Part shown: positions 18,727 to 28,941 of the stretch, one piece after another
Layout: every line of letters starts with the position of its first letter
Position numbering within the stretch: the stretch's first letter is position 1
Source: an uncultured Acidobacteriota bacterium
GTDB taxonomy: Bacteria; Acidobacteriota; Thermoanaerobaculia; Multivoradales; JAHEKO01
Length of the DNA stretch: 28,941 bases
Assembly: GCA_963713825.1 (NCBI GenBank)
Contig: CAVQNG010000018.1
Coordinates: forward strand, 1-28,941
Direction of reading: 5' to 3'
Notes under the pieces: generated by a model
Databases searched by the model: none
Seen by the model: only the letters and a program-made list of their open reading frames with translations
Told to the model about the DNA's origin: nothing
Position numbers and translations under genes: made by a program

Positions 18727-19833
18727 CTAGGCTGGGCCCTGCCCTTTAACTGCCCGAGCCACGTTGCGGAACACCTTGGCGAAGTGGGATGGTCGAACGC
18801 TGCCAATGACTCGCGGATTCAACTTCCGCGCGGCACGCAGAACGACGTCTTCGTAAAGGCGGCGACGACGCCACTGAGCGTCGCTCACCCCTCGGAGAAT
18901 TGCCTGATTCGCTCGCTCGAGAAATCGATCAGCAAGAGGATCGTCGAAATTGACCGCGCCGTTCTCGAACCTAAAAGCCCGGGTCTGGTAGCCGAGAAGC
19001 TTGGACTTGGAGAGCCGCAAATCCAACAGGAACGCGCTGCGAGAGCGATCCGTCTGACGAATCGCCGGTCGCCCATCGATCTCCATATCCGTCGTAACGG
19101 CGTTGCCGAGATTGTAGGCAATGACCCCGCCTCGATAGTCCTCGACACCTTGAATCACATGGGCATGATGGCCGAGGATCGCGGTTGCACCGGTATCGAT
19201 CATTCGCCTCGCCTGGAGTATCTGCAGGGGAGAAGGTAGATTCGAGAACTCTACTCCCCAGTGCACCGAAACCAGAACGTGATCGACTTCTAGCTTCAGA
19301 TTCTCGATGTCTTTAAGGACTTTGTCTATCTCGAAGGGATTTACGCCATAGCCCTCTGCCGTTGCCACGTGTGATGGGACAGTGTCCAGGGCGGTGTATC
19401 CCAGCCAACCCAACTTGACGTCTCCACTCTCCGAAATCAGGGGGCGCGAAGCTGTCATCAGATCAACTCCGGCACCGAGGTAACCCACTCCTCGGGACGA
19501 CAGGAGGTCACAGATAGCTGCGAAACCCGACTCGAAGCAGTCGAAGGCGTGATTGTTCGAGAGATTCACGATATCGACATTCAGAATCCTCAGAGCCTCA
19601 TTGACAGCATCGGCCGAACCGACCAGTCGAGGCTGCTTTTCGATCTCACCCTCGGTTCCCGGTAGCGTTACTTCCAAGTTGGCGAAGAGGAAGTCGAACT
19701 CATTGCCCAGACCAGCGATATCTCCAAGACTCGCTGCTAGCTGGCCAGCCTGGTAGTGATCAGTCCATTCGCCTGCAAGCATGAGATCACCGAGCACGGC
19801 AACTCGGACTCCAGGAGTCGAGCTCTTAGACAT
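18727..19833 (-). CDS. CapA (PGA_cap) family metallophosphoesterase-fold protein
   Basis: GDLML, ANLE, LSNNHAFD, SVHWGVEF, GHHAHVIQGVE and AYNLGN motifs; intact 368 aa. Confidence 0.9.
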   Translation of the reverse strand: MSKSSTPGVRVAVLGDLMLAGEWTDHYQAGQLAASLGDIAGLGNEFDFLFANLEVTLPGTEGEIEKQPRLVGSADAVNEALRILNVDIVNLSNNHAFDCFESGFAAICDLLSSRGVGYLGAGVDLMTASRPLISESGDVKLGWLGYTALDTVPSHVATAEGYGVNPFEIDKVLKDIENLKLEVDHVLVSVHWGVEFSNLPSPLQILQARRMIDTGATAILGHHAHVIQGVEDYRGGVIAYNLGNAVTTDMEIDGRPAIRQTDRSRSAFLLDLRLSKSKLLGYQTRAFRFENGAVNFDDPLADRFLERANQAILRGVSDAQWRRRRLYEDVVLRAARKLNPRVIGSVRPSHFAKVFRNVARAVKGQGPA

Positions 19834-19989
19834 GGGCGGACACTATCAAAGATCATTGTGCCTGCCCTGCGAGCACTTGGCTACCAGAGGCGAAGGTTCA
19901 TTGTGGGTGGTCGGAGGCCATGAGAGGATAACGTCGATCTTGCTGCGACCCGATTCAAGAGTCAAGGACCAACCTAATAGGCCACTGCT

Positions 19990-21117
19990 GTGAAAGCCCC
20001 CAACCGCATCCTGTACTTGATCACCAGCAGTGGCACAGGAGGAGCGGAGAACCTATTCAAAGAGATCATTCGGCGCCTCGACCGGCAACGTTTCGATCCC
20101 CTGTTCTGCTCACTGAGGCCGGTAGGTTCCACGGCTGATGAAATCGCACAGGCCGGCGTCCCGGTCTTCTCGCTCGCCATGTCGGAAACCCCGAATGCCG
20201 CAGAAATGATCCGAGGTTGGTCGAAACTCAGGGTGATCTACCGTGATCATTCGGTCGACCTTGTCCAGACCTCGCTCTATCGAGCCAACGTCCTCGCCGT
20301 CCTGGCCTCCGGCATGAGTCACTCGATGCCCAAGGTTGTGACGAGTCAGCATAGCCTGTCACCGTTATCGGGCAAGCTCTCGGTCTTGATGACCCGGCAC
20401 GCGCATAGGTTTTCGGATCGGGTCGTAGCGGTCTCGAACGCAGTGCGCCGCTACATGATCGAGTCGGAACAGATTCCCTCCGAGCAAATTGTGGTAATTC
20501 CCAATGGGGTCGATACTCGAAGATTCCAAACCTCAGATTCCACAGCGACTCGCAAGTCCCTCGGATTGGCCGACGAAGAGTTGGTGATCGGAGCAGCGGG
20601 GCGACTCACTCGGGTCAAGGGCTTCGACGTCCTCATCGAGGCGGTACGGCAACTCCGCTCCCAAGGAACCCGGGCGAGACTGCTTATTGCTGGAGAAGGC
20701 CCTGAGAGGCAACACCTGCAGGAGCTCATCGATCGGTCTGGACTGCGAGATCAAGCTCGACTTCTCGGACTTCGAGAGGACCTGGCCACCCTGTATTCCG
20801 TGTTTGACATCTTCGTTCTGTCCTCTCGCAGGGAGGGCTCTCCAAGTGTGGTACTCGAAGCGATGGCAGCGGAGTGCCCAGTGGTAGCCTCCTCGGTCGG
20901 AGGGGTACCTGAGATCATCGAGGATGGGCTGTCTGGAATCTTGGTGCCTTCTGACGATGCTGGATCTCTCGCGGACGCATTGGCTACGCTCGCTCATGCA
21001 GAGTCGAAGAGACAGCACTTAGCCGCGAACGGACGCGCTCGGGTTCAGAAGGAATTCGATCTGGATCGAATTACAGTGCGGTATGAGGAACTGTACTCCG
21101 AGGTTCTGTCGACGTGA
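19990..21117 (+). CDS. GT4 glycosyltransferase
   Basis: GTGGAE, VIPNGVD, GRLTRVKG and SSRREGSPSVVLEAMAAECPVVASSVGG; intact 375 aa, GTG start. Confidence 0.93.
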   Translation: MKAPNRILYLITSSGTGGAENLFKEIIRRLDRQRFDPLFCSLRPVGSTADEIAQAGVPVFSLAMSETPNAAEMIRGWSKLRVIYRDHSVDLVQTSLYRANVLAVLASGMSHSMPKVVTSQHSLSPLSGKLSVLMTRHAHRFSDRVVAVSNAVRRYMIESEQIPSEQIVVIPNGVDTRRFQTSDSTATRKSLGLADEELVIGAAGRLTRVKGFDVLIEAVRQLRSQGTRARLLIAGEGPERQHLQELIDRSGLRDQARLLGLREDLATLYSVFDIFVLSSRREGSPSVVLEAMAAECPVVASSVGGVPEIIEDGLSGILVPSDDAGSLADALATLAHAESKRQHLAANGRARVQKEFDLDRITVRYEELYSEVLST

Positions 21118-21122
21118 CCTCA

Positions 21123-22242
21123 TCAGGGCGTTCGCGTCAGATTGAGATAGAGTTCTTCGGTCTGATCAGTCACCCCGTCCCAGTCGGGCCAAGCCCTCGC
21201 TCTCTCAGCTATCAGCTCGCGGTGGTGCCGAACCAACTCCGGCGAACCCAGAATCGATCTCAGCCGCTCCCGAAGAGCCTCCACATCCTCTGGTGGAAAG
21301 ACCAACGCTGCCTCTCCGACTACTTCGAGGTTCTCGGGTATCGAGGTCGTGAGAATGCAAGTACCAAAGCTCAGGGCTTCGAGAAGCGCGATCGACAGCC
21401 CCTCGATGGTCGAGGGCAGAACAAAGGCGTAGCAGTTGCTGAGCAGCTCTTGAATGGTCTCGTGATCGACCTTCCCTAGAAAGAGCACATCCTCCCAGGC
21501 CATCTCTTTAACGCTTTCGATATAGGAGTCGGAGTAGCTGCTACCGCCAGCCAGCACCAGCTTCTTTGTCCCTCGGCAGCGGCTCGAGCGCCGCTAGAAG
21601 CGTATGAACTCCCTTCTCGGGTGAGATCCGACCAACAAACAGCAGAAACTGGTCCTTTTCCAGCCCAAACTCGGCGATCTTGTTCACAGGCCGCGGGGCC
21701 GCAGGGATGACAGCATTGGGGATCACTTTGGTCTCGCAACCGTGGTGGACTCGATAGTGGTCCCTCAGGGTTTCGGAGACGACGATGGTCGAGCTCGGCA
21801 ACCGAACAGAAGCCCACTCGCCGGCCTGAAGCACCCAGCGGGCCAGCCTCCCCCACTTCTCCCGTTGCCAATCGAGTCCTCTAACCGACACCACGGTTTT
21901 CTTGCCGAAGACTCGTGGCAGGATCGATAAGGGAGCCGAACCGAGAGCGTGGAACTGGACGATGTCGTAGTCACGGAACAGCGAATCCACGGTTGAGAGC
22001 ACGCTGTGCGAGAGGGTCTCCAGGTGCTTGCTACGAAGCGAGGGAAGGCGCCGAACACGAATCCCACGGTAGCTATCCGTCTCAGGCGTGAAATAGGTTC
22101 GGCAGTAGGCTGTCACCTCGTGGCCCCGTGCCGCCAGTCGCGAGCCCACCTCCTCGTAGTAAGTCTCGATGCCGCTGTAGGTGCCTCCGACACCGCGGGC
22201 ACCGATGAAGGCGATCTTCAGTTTGGTCTCATTCGGGATCAT
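21123..22242 (-). CDS. GT4 glycosyltransferase, single frameshift
   Basis: N-part (IGARGVGGTYSGIE, GLDWQREKW, GRISPEKG) and C-part (PSTIEGLSIALLEALSFG). Removing one A near 21565 joins them (DKKLVLAGGSSY). Likely ATG at 22242. Confidence 0.88.
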
Positions 22243-22400
22243 GGGTGGCTCTGGAATAGCTGGCCGCTGGTCGTTGACCCAGACCAGGTGCCGCAGCACC
22301 GACAAGCCTACCCTGAGCGCAAATCACTTGTCAGCGCAACCCGATACAACGACAGAAGGTCAAGCGAATGTGCAGGGGTGGGAAGAGGTCCCGAGGTCGA

Positions 22401-23839
22401 CTATGCGGCCCCGGTCCCCTTGATGACCACGGGCACCGTCTTGGCGAGGATCTTCATGTCGAGCCACAGTGACCACTCGTCGATGTACTGCATGTCGAGC
22501 TCCATCCACCGTTCGAAGGTCACCCGGCTTCTTCCCTGGATCTGCCAGAGACACGTGAGGCCGGGCCGTACGCTGAATCGGCGGCGGTGCCAATCTTCAC
22601 TGAACCCCTCGTAGTCACGGACAGGTAGAGGTCTCGGTCCCACCAGGCTCATGTCGCCCAGGAAGACATTTGTCAGCTGGGGCAACTCATCGAGACTGGT
22701 ACGTCTCAAGAAGCCACCTAGCTTGGTGATTCGTGGATCGTTCTCGATCTTGAAGACCGGACCACTGGCCTCGTTGAGGTGCTCAAGATCTCCTTGCCTG
22801 GCCTCGGCATCGGTCACCATGGTGCGGAACTTGTATAGGGGAAAGCGCCTCTTGCCGAGTCCGATGCGCTCCTGGACGAACAGTATGGGGCCCTTCGAGC
22901 CCAGCTTGATGGCCAGAGAGATCCCGAGGAATACAGGAGCCAACAAGGCCATAAGGGTACCGGAGACGACGATGTCCAGGATCCTCTTGACAGCAACCGG
23001 ACCCGCCCTCCATCTTGCCGGTCGACAGGGTGATCAAGGGCTGATCGTAGAAGGTTTCGACTCTCGCACTCGCGAGCTTGACGTTGAAGAAGGCCCCGAG
23101 CAAGCGGACCGTGATGCCCTGCTTCTCACACGCTTCAACCACTCGTTCGGAGTCGAAGTAGCAAGACGGAGCCGGCAGGCACAGGACGACTTCATCGACG
23201 ACGGTGGTCCTGAGAAAGGACTCGAAGATCGTCCAGCGAACAGACGAACTTCTCTCCTTTGGAGGCCAGTGCCTCCAATCCGTGCCAGGGCTTGTCAGCG
23301 AATCCCAGAACCGTCAGTCCTGCTTCGGGGTGCGCCCGAAGTCGCTCCGCAAATGCCAGGGCCCGTTCGTTCGTTCCAACGATCAAGACATTGCGTAGGT
23401 TTCGCGCCGTGCCGTCGAGCCGATTCCAGCACTCCTCGCAACATGAGGCGTGACAGCAGGGTCAGTCCGGTACTGAGAACCCAGAAGACAATCGTAAACT
23501 TGGCTGTGATGATCTGAATATCGAACAGGATTCCGGCATTGAAGATGGCGACAGTCCCTATCGATGTCGCCTTAAAAACGTCCAAGGCCTCCCGGCCATA
23601 GCTCTGAAGCGGTGGGACCGATACAGCCCGAGCCACGAGAGCACGAGGTGCCACAACAGCAGGAAGGCTAGAAATAGGAAGATGTTGGAGAGCTTCAGCC
23701 GGACAGATAGGAGCCTGCCAAACGAGATCCCTTGGGGTTGGAGAATCGAGATCCAGACCGACAGACCGAAAGCCAAAACCATCAGAACCAGGTCTGTGGC
23801 TTTCCAGAATGCAAAGATGATCTTTCGTCGGATCCTCAT
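22401..23839 (-). CDS. Priming polyprenyl-phosphate sugar phosphotransferase (WcaJ/Bac_transf family), multiply frameshifted
   Basis: C-terminal ORF has KFRTM, DPRITKLGGFLRRTSLDELPQL, MSLVGPRP, PGLTCLWQI and LDMQYI. Upstream fragments 23558..23839, 23295..23654, 23192..23386 and 22783..23142 supply the TM helices and the Rossmann-like (IVGTNE) domain. Confidence 0.92.
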
Positions 23840-23951
23840 CCGCCGGGTACCCGTCCCAGGCCGCCTAGCCTCCCTCTCGGCTGCCTATGTTCGAATAGAT
23901 ACCCTACATCGGTGGATTCCGTCAATCATATTGATCACTGGCTATGGCTGT

Positions 23952-24158
23952 TCAGGGGCTAGATCCCGCAGTACCACTGCACCGACCGTGCCGGATAATA
24001 ACTGGCTGCCCACTCTGCTTAGTCGGGACGAAGGCGAGCGAGCGGACCTCCGGGTCCGTGATCAAGCCCTGGTAGGTCTCGATCCCGAGCTCCTCCTGCA
24101 CATACTCCGAAAGAGCTCGGTTCAACTCGAGCCCCATGACCTCGAATGCTGCCATCAA
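23952..24158 (-). pseudogene. Possible class I SAM methyltransferase fragment (68 aa)
   Basis: FEVMGLELNRALSEYVQEELGIETYQG resembles the post-motif-I segment of methyltransferases. Start overlaps the upstream gene's stop. Motif I and the C-terminal half are absent. Confidence 0.3.
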
Positions 24159-25146
24159 AGTTCTTCTCGACCCGGAGTCTCTCTCACCGCTTGGCGGGCT
24201 TCGGATGAACCGAGATAGAGCACGACCCCAAGTGCAAGGGTTGCCACCTGCCCTAATCGGAATCCGAGCATCATGAGCAGAGCGTAGGAGGCCGGAGCCC
24301 CGATGAAAGAGAAGAGCGCCTCGAGGGTGACCTCAGCCACTCCGAGGCCACCCGGCGTCAGCGGAATCCCGGTGCTCAACAGGCCGAATGGAATGGCGAC
24401 GAGATAGGAGGCCAACGGCGGAACATCAGGCCAAAGCGACAGACCGCCGAGGATGAGCGAGCCGACGAAGAGCGCCTGGATAACGAGACTCAGCAGCAGT
24501 GCGGCAACGACGGCACCCTTGGTCTGCTGAAACGAAGCAGCTGCGTCGACCAGAGCAGCCAGTGGGGGGCCGAGCTTCGGAATCCTCCGAGTTCTAGATG
24601 CCAGGTTCTCGAGTGGCCAACGCCAGAGGAGAAAAACAGCCAGAGCCGCCAGAGCGAGACCCAGAAGCCCGAGATTCCAGCGGGCCAGTGCGACCAGAGG
24701 CTCGCTTTCCCAATCGATCCCCACCAGAAGATAGCGATCAGGCCGGTCAGGACCAGCAGACCGAGCAGGCCCACGATGCGATCGACCACGATCGTCGAGA
24801 CTGCGATCAGGCGCTTGCTCTGCTCCCTGGCGATCAGCGCGGCCTTCACCAGGTCGCCTCCCACCGCACCCGGAATCAGGAAGTTGAAAAAGGTGCCGAT
24901 CAGGCCGAGGCGCAGCGCATCGAACATCGTGAAGGGCAGCTCCTGGGCCTTGACCAGGAAGTACCACCGAAGGAAGGAGAGCAATGTTCCGACCACGGTC
25001 AGGAGGATCGCCCCGATCATCCACGGCCACAAGACCTCCAACTCGCCGAGCAGAGCGAGGTCGTCCCGCAGCATCCAGAGCAGGCCTGCCAGTAAGGCCG
25101 CGGCGAGGCCTAGGGCAAGGATGCTCGCTCGGTATCGACGGTCCAT
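24155..25146 (-). CDS. Lysylphosphatidylglycerol-synthase-TM (UPF0104) family flippase-like membrane protein, single frameshift
   Basis: RWYFL, FFNFLIPGAVGGDLVKA and VDRIVG in ORF 24490..25167; IPLTPGGLGVAE and FR motifs in the other frame. Shift at a G run near 24720. Confidence 0.85.
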
Positions 25147-25338
25147 GGAGGCAGTATGGTAGACCACTTTCGCACTTTCGTCTTCGACATGGGCTCAACG
25201 GGATATAGCTATGGGTTACTGATTCGCTTGTGGAGCGAATGTCGAAACCTTAAACTCACGCCGACTCATGCTTCCAAGCGCCTGATGTTCGGACCTCGAG
25301 AGTACCTAACCAGTCACTGACACGATCTACCTCCTGCC

Positions 25339-26656
25339 ATGCGAGTCGACATTATCGGAGCGGGCATCTCGGGTCTGGCGACGGCCTACCACCTTGTGAG
25401 ACAGCGGCCTGGCCTGGATCTCCACGTTTGGGAGAAGGATGTCGGCCCTGGCGGCCTGGCAGGCTGCTTCAGCGCAGAGGGCTTCACGGTCGAGAAGTTC
25501 TACCACCACATCTTCAGGGGCGATTCCCACCTCATAGCTCTCCTTGAAGAGCTCGGCCTGGGCGATGAACTCATGTGGCGGCCCGCCAACACCGGCAGCT
25601 ACTACTTCCAGCAAGCTTACCGGCTGTCCTCGCCGATCGATATCCTCGAAGTTCGAGCCGTTACCCTTTGTCGATAGGATCCGGCTGGGACTCATGGTGG
25701 TTCACGCTCGAACCGTCCGCGACTGGCACAAGCTGGATGCGATCTCGGCCGAGGAGTACATCCGAAGGACAGCGGGCTCCAAGGTCTTCGAAGTCCTCTG
25801 GCAACCCCTCCTGCACGGCAAGTTCGGCGACTTGAGCGGCGATATCTCGGCGGCCTGGCTATGGTCCAAGCTCGTTGACGGGGTGGTTCCAGGGATCGCA
25901 AGGGGCATGAGGTTCTGGGCTACCTGCGTGGCGGTCTCGGTCAGATGTTCGATCGCCTGATTGAACACGTCGAGAACGCAGGAGGTACCGTGCACCTTTC
26001 GAGCGGTGTCGAGGGCATGGAGATGGAGGGAGACCGAATCGCCTCGATCGTCACGCGAGAGGGCACTTTCCCGACCGACCTCGTCGTCTCTGGAGCCCAG
26101 CTGCCGGACCTTCGCAGACTTCTACCGCCGAGCACCTCGGCTCTGGCGAGCCAGCTCTCGCGAATCCAATTTCTCGGCAACGTCTGTCTCGTGCTGGTAC
26201 TGCCCCAGCAACTGTCGCAGTTCTATTGGACGAACGTGATGGACCCCGGCGCTCCCTTCGTGGGGATCATCGAGCAGACCAACTGGGTCGACCCCGCAGA
26301 CCTGAACCGCAAGCGCCTGGTCTACATCTCGGCCTACTGCCCAGCCACTGACAAGCGGTTCGGGATGACGGCCGGCGAGCTTCCTCGAGTTCTACCTGCC
26401 GTGGATTCAGAAGCTGTTCCCGAGCTTTCCTCCGAAGATGTCGAGAGAGCGTTCGTCTGGAAGGCCGACTACGCCCAGGCGGTCGTAACCACGGGCTATT
26501 CTGCCCTCGTGCCCGAGATACGAACCCCCTTGACGAATCTGCTACTCTGCACCATGGCTCAGATCTTCCCGCAGGACCGCCAGGTTTCGAACAGCGTGAG
26601 CCGCCAAGCAGACCGCACGGATCGCGGCGGACTACCTCCAGAGGAAGGGCACGTGA
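25339..26656 (+). CDS. FAD-dependent oxidoreductase (protoporphyrinogen/amine oxidase superfamily), frameshifted
   Basis: IIGAGISGLATAYHL...EK...GGLAG, EKFYHHIF, ISAAWLWSKL, GYLRGG, YWTNV and AQIFPQDR. After a shift near 26598 the frame reads [18 protein letters not shown]-stop, with TGA (26654-26656) overlapping the next GTG. Confidence 0.82.
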
Positions 26657-27604
26657 TCTCACTCGTCATCCCGGTCTTCAACGAAGAGGAGAACCTGCCG
26701 CTGCTCTGGCAGCGGATCGAAGAGTCGGCAGCGAACACCTGGGGAGGCGAGGATTTCGAGGTCCTCTTCGTCGACGACGGTTCGAGGGACCGCTCGGTCG
26801 AGATTCTCACAAGTCTGGCCGCCGTGAATCCACAGATTCGCATCGTGAAGCTGTCCCGAAAATTCGGACACCAGTCGGCCCTGTCGGCTGGGCTTCATCA
26901 TGCCCGAGGAGACGCCGTGGTGCTGATGGATGCCGACTTGCAGGACCCGCCGGAGCTCGTGGCGGAGTTCCTCGACAAGTGGCGCCAGGGTTGGCAAGTA
27001 ATGTATGCGGTCCGCAAGGCCCGCAAAGAGGTATTTTGGAAGCGGTGGAGCTACCTGCTCTTCTACAGAATACTGAGAGGCTTGAGCAGCGTGGAGATCC
27101 CGGCTGACTCTGGCGACTTCTGTCTGATGGACCGGAGAGTCGTGCAGGTCATCAAGGACGGATGCCGGAGCAGGCCCGCTTCCTGAGGGGCTTACGAGCC
27201 TACGCGGGGTTCCAGCGGATCGGAGTGCCCTACGATCGCCCCGAGCGGGCTGGAGGGGAGGCGAAATACTCCCTTAGTGACCTGGTGCAGCTCGCCGTCT
27301 CCGGTGTGGTCGGCTTCTCCTTCGTGCCCTTGAGAATAGCCACCTGGGTCGGTTTCCTGGTCGCCGTGCCGTCCTTCTTTGTCGGCATCTTGTTTGTTTT
27401 GCACCGCATTTTCGACTTCCCGATACTCGGCCGCTACGCCACCGAGACCCCGGACTCGCGACCCTGGTCGTCGGGCAGTTCTTCCTCGGTGGCGTGATCC
27501 TCATCATGCTGGGGATCCTGGGCGAGTACATCGGCCGAATCTACCTCGAGGTCAAGAAGCGCCCAGCTTCATCGTCGACCGAGATCATCGGTGACGACGA
27601 GTGA
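26653..27604 (+). CDS. GT2 polyprenyl-phosphate glycosyltransferase (GtrB/ArnC/DPM1-like), frameshifted
   Basis: [56 protein letters not shown] and two C-terminal TMs ending [26 protein letters not shown] upstream of GTG 26653. Probable stop at 27604 overlaps the next GTG. Confidence 0.9.
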
Positions 27605-28941
27605 CCGGAGCCGTCGCAAGCGACCGGAATCAAGCCGGGCTCTATTGGACCCTGGCAGTCCTGCTTCTTTTCGGCGGCATCTTCTTTCGCTTCTACGACC
27701 TCACGGGACAGAGCCTGTGGTATGACGAAGGAGTCTCGCTGGAGTTCAGTGACGGCGACTCCCCCGGGTTGGTCGTCGAGAAGCTCGGCACGACCCTCAC
27801 CAGTGAGCGCTACCAACCGCTGTACTTCCTACTTCTCTACTTCTGGCGGCAGCTCTGCGGCTCCTCCGAGTGGGCCCTGAGGTCTCTCTCGGCCATTCTC
27901 GGGATCTTGGTCTTGCTGGTCTCCGTCCCGGTCGTCCGGTCCTGTCTCGACGGCAGACAGCGTCCAGCGGCAATAGGCTTCATGGCCCTGAGCAGCTTCG
28001 CAATCTACTACAGCCAGGAAGTCCGGCCTTACAGCCTGCTGATCCTCGTCTGCGTCTTCCACTGGCTGCTGATCGGCAAGAGCCTCGAATCTTCGCAAAC
28101 CCGTGGTCGAACGGGAGCGCTGCTGCTTCCGACTGCCGTCGTGAGCCTCTGGGAGGATTGACCAGTCTGTTCTTTACCTTCCACGTTGCTTCTACCGGTG
28201 GGGCCTGGCTGCTGACTCGCGGAAAGAGACCACGGGAATGGAGCTTCTGGATCGTTCTGCTCTCGCCCTCATCCCCAGCCTCGCTTTTTTTGCATTGGCA
28301 GGCACTGATGGCGGTGGTGACAGTGCTGTGGTCAGCCGCACGAGAACTCGATCCTCGCCAATGCAGCTTTCTCCCTATACGGTCTTCTCGTGGGAACGAC
28401 CTATGGCCCTCCGGTGGCCGAGCTACAACTCGGAGCCTGGGGAGCCGCTCTGCAACAGAGCTGGGCGAGTCTGCTCGTGTTTGGCATCGTCTGCGTCGGG
28501 CTCGTCTTCTCGACGGTCCTTGCTCTAAAAGAGGATACTTCGAATACAGCTGATGGAAACCGACTGAGATTCGATTACATCCTGAAAGCGCTGGGCCTGG
28601 GAGTTCTGGTACTCCTGGTGTTCGCCTACCTGACCAAATTGAACTGGCTGCCGCGTCACTCGACGTTCCTCCTGCCTACCCTCGCAATGGCCCTTGGCCA
28701 TCTCGTTCCTCCTCTCGAGTCGCGAATCGGGATCCGAGAGAGGATCCCGTACATGGTCGGTCGTCGCACTGCTGGCCCTCAATGTCGTCTCCCTCTACCA
28801 CTACTACCATGACGAAGCTCATCGGCGCGGTGACTATCGAGGCGTCGCCAAGTTCTTCGAGAAGAGCAGCCTGTACCGGTTGTTCTCCTTCTCGGTAGTC
28901 CGAGCTTGCTCGAGTACTACGGCGCGCCTTCACATCTAGAC
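27601..28941 (+). CDS. GT-C membrane glycosyltransferase (GT39/PMT_2-like), frameshifted, runs off window end
   Basis: [29 protein letters not shown] and [11 protein letters not shown]. Further hydrophobic fragments (28390..28812, 28694..) include WLPRH and DYRGVA. Confidence 0.85.

Noticed and set aside
18433-19239. 268-aa plus-strand ORF
   Set aside because: Largely antisense to the CapA gene and has no recognisable motifs; a shadow ORF in GC-rich DNA.
21541-21548. GGCGGTAG (ops-like) on the minus strand
   Set aside because: Lies inside a GT4 coding region (Gly-Gly-Ser codons), not in a leader.
22651-23517. 288-aa plus-strand ORF
   Set aside because: Antisense to the well-supported priming sugar transferase.
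25945-27186. Apparent oxidoreductase-GT2 fusion (413-aa ORF)
   Set aside because: A frameshift near 26598 explains it. The alternative frame ends the oxidoreductase at TGA 26656, overlapping a GTG start at 26653 that has its own RBS.
12671-28941. Programmed frameshifting or phase variation as the cause of split genes
   Set aside because: No long homopolymer or simple-repeat tracts were seen, and several genes need multiple independent shifts.
1-28941. CRISPR arrays, tRNA/rRNA, wzy/wzc/wza and exosortase genes
   Set aside because: No regularly spaced repeats, RNA gene signatures or matching protein motifs seen; polymerase and export genes may lie outside the window.

Overview
GC-rich bacterial cell-surface glycan (EPS/glycoconjugate) biosynthesis and modification region of about 18 genes. 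It encodes a Wzx flippase, a WcaJ-like priming sugar transferase, five GT4-type glycosyltransferases, a CE4 polysaccharide deacetylase, a PAPS-dependent sulfotransferase, a probably membrane-anchored sulfatase-superfamily enzyme with Thr at the nucleophile position, a CapA-family protein and a Gtr/Arn-like cassette (flippase-like protein, FAD oxidoreductase, GT2 polyprenyl-phosphate glycosyltransferase, GT-C). It also encodes a second GT-C, a 1104-aa polytopic-membrane/six-hairpin-glycosidase fusion, and a putative secreted beta-helix protein ending in an FxDxxExGDxSxWS-type tail. Nine genes are broken by frameshifts, most simply explained as long-read assembly indels. Two intergenic regions share a 42-bp sequence (34/42 identical) resembling an IS3-family end; one copy is part of a 137-bp MITE-like element. 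I saw no rRNA, tRNA or CRISPR array. All family calls come from motif recognition by eye, not from database searches. The taxon cannot be fixed; Acidobacteriota (Thermoanaerobaculia-like) is a guess from the C-terminal tail motif.
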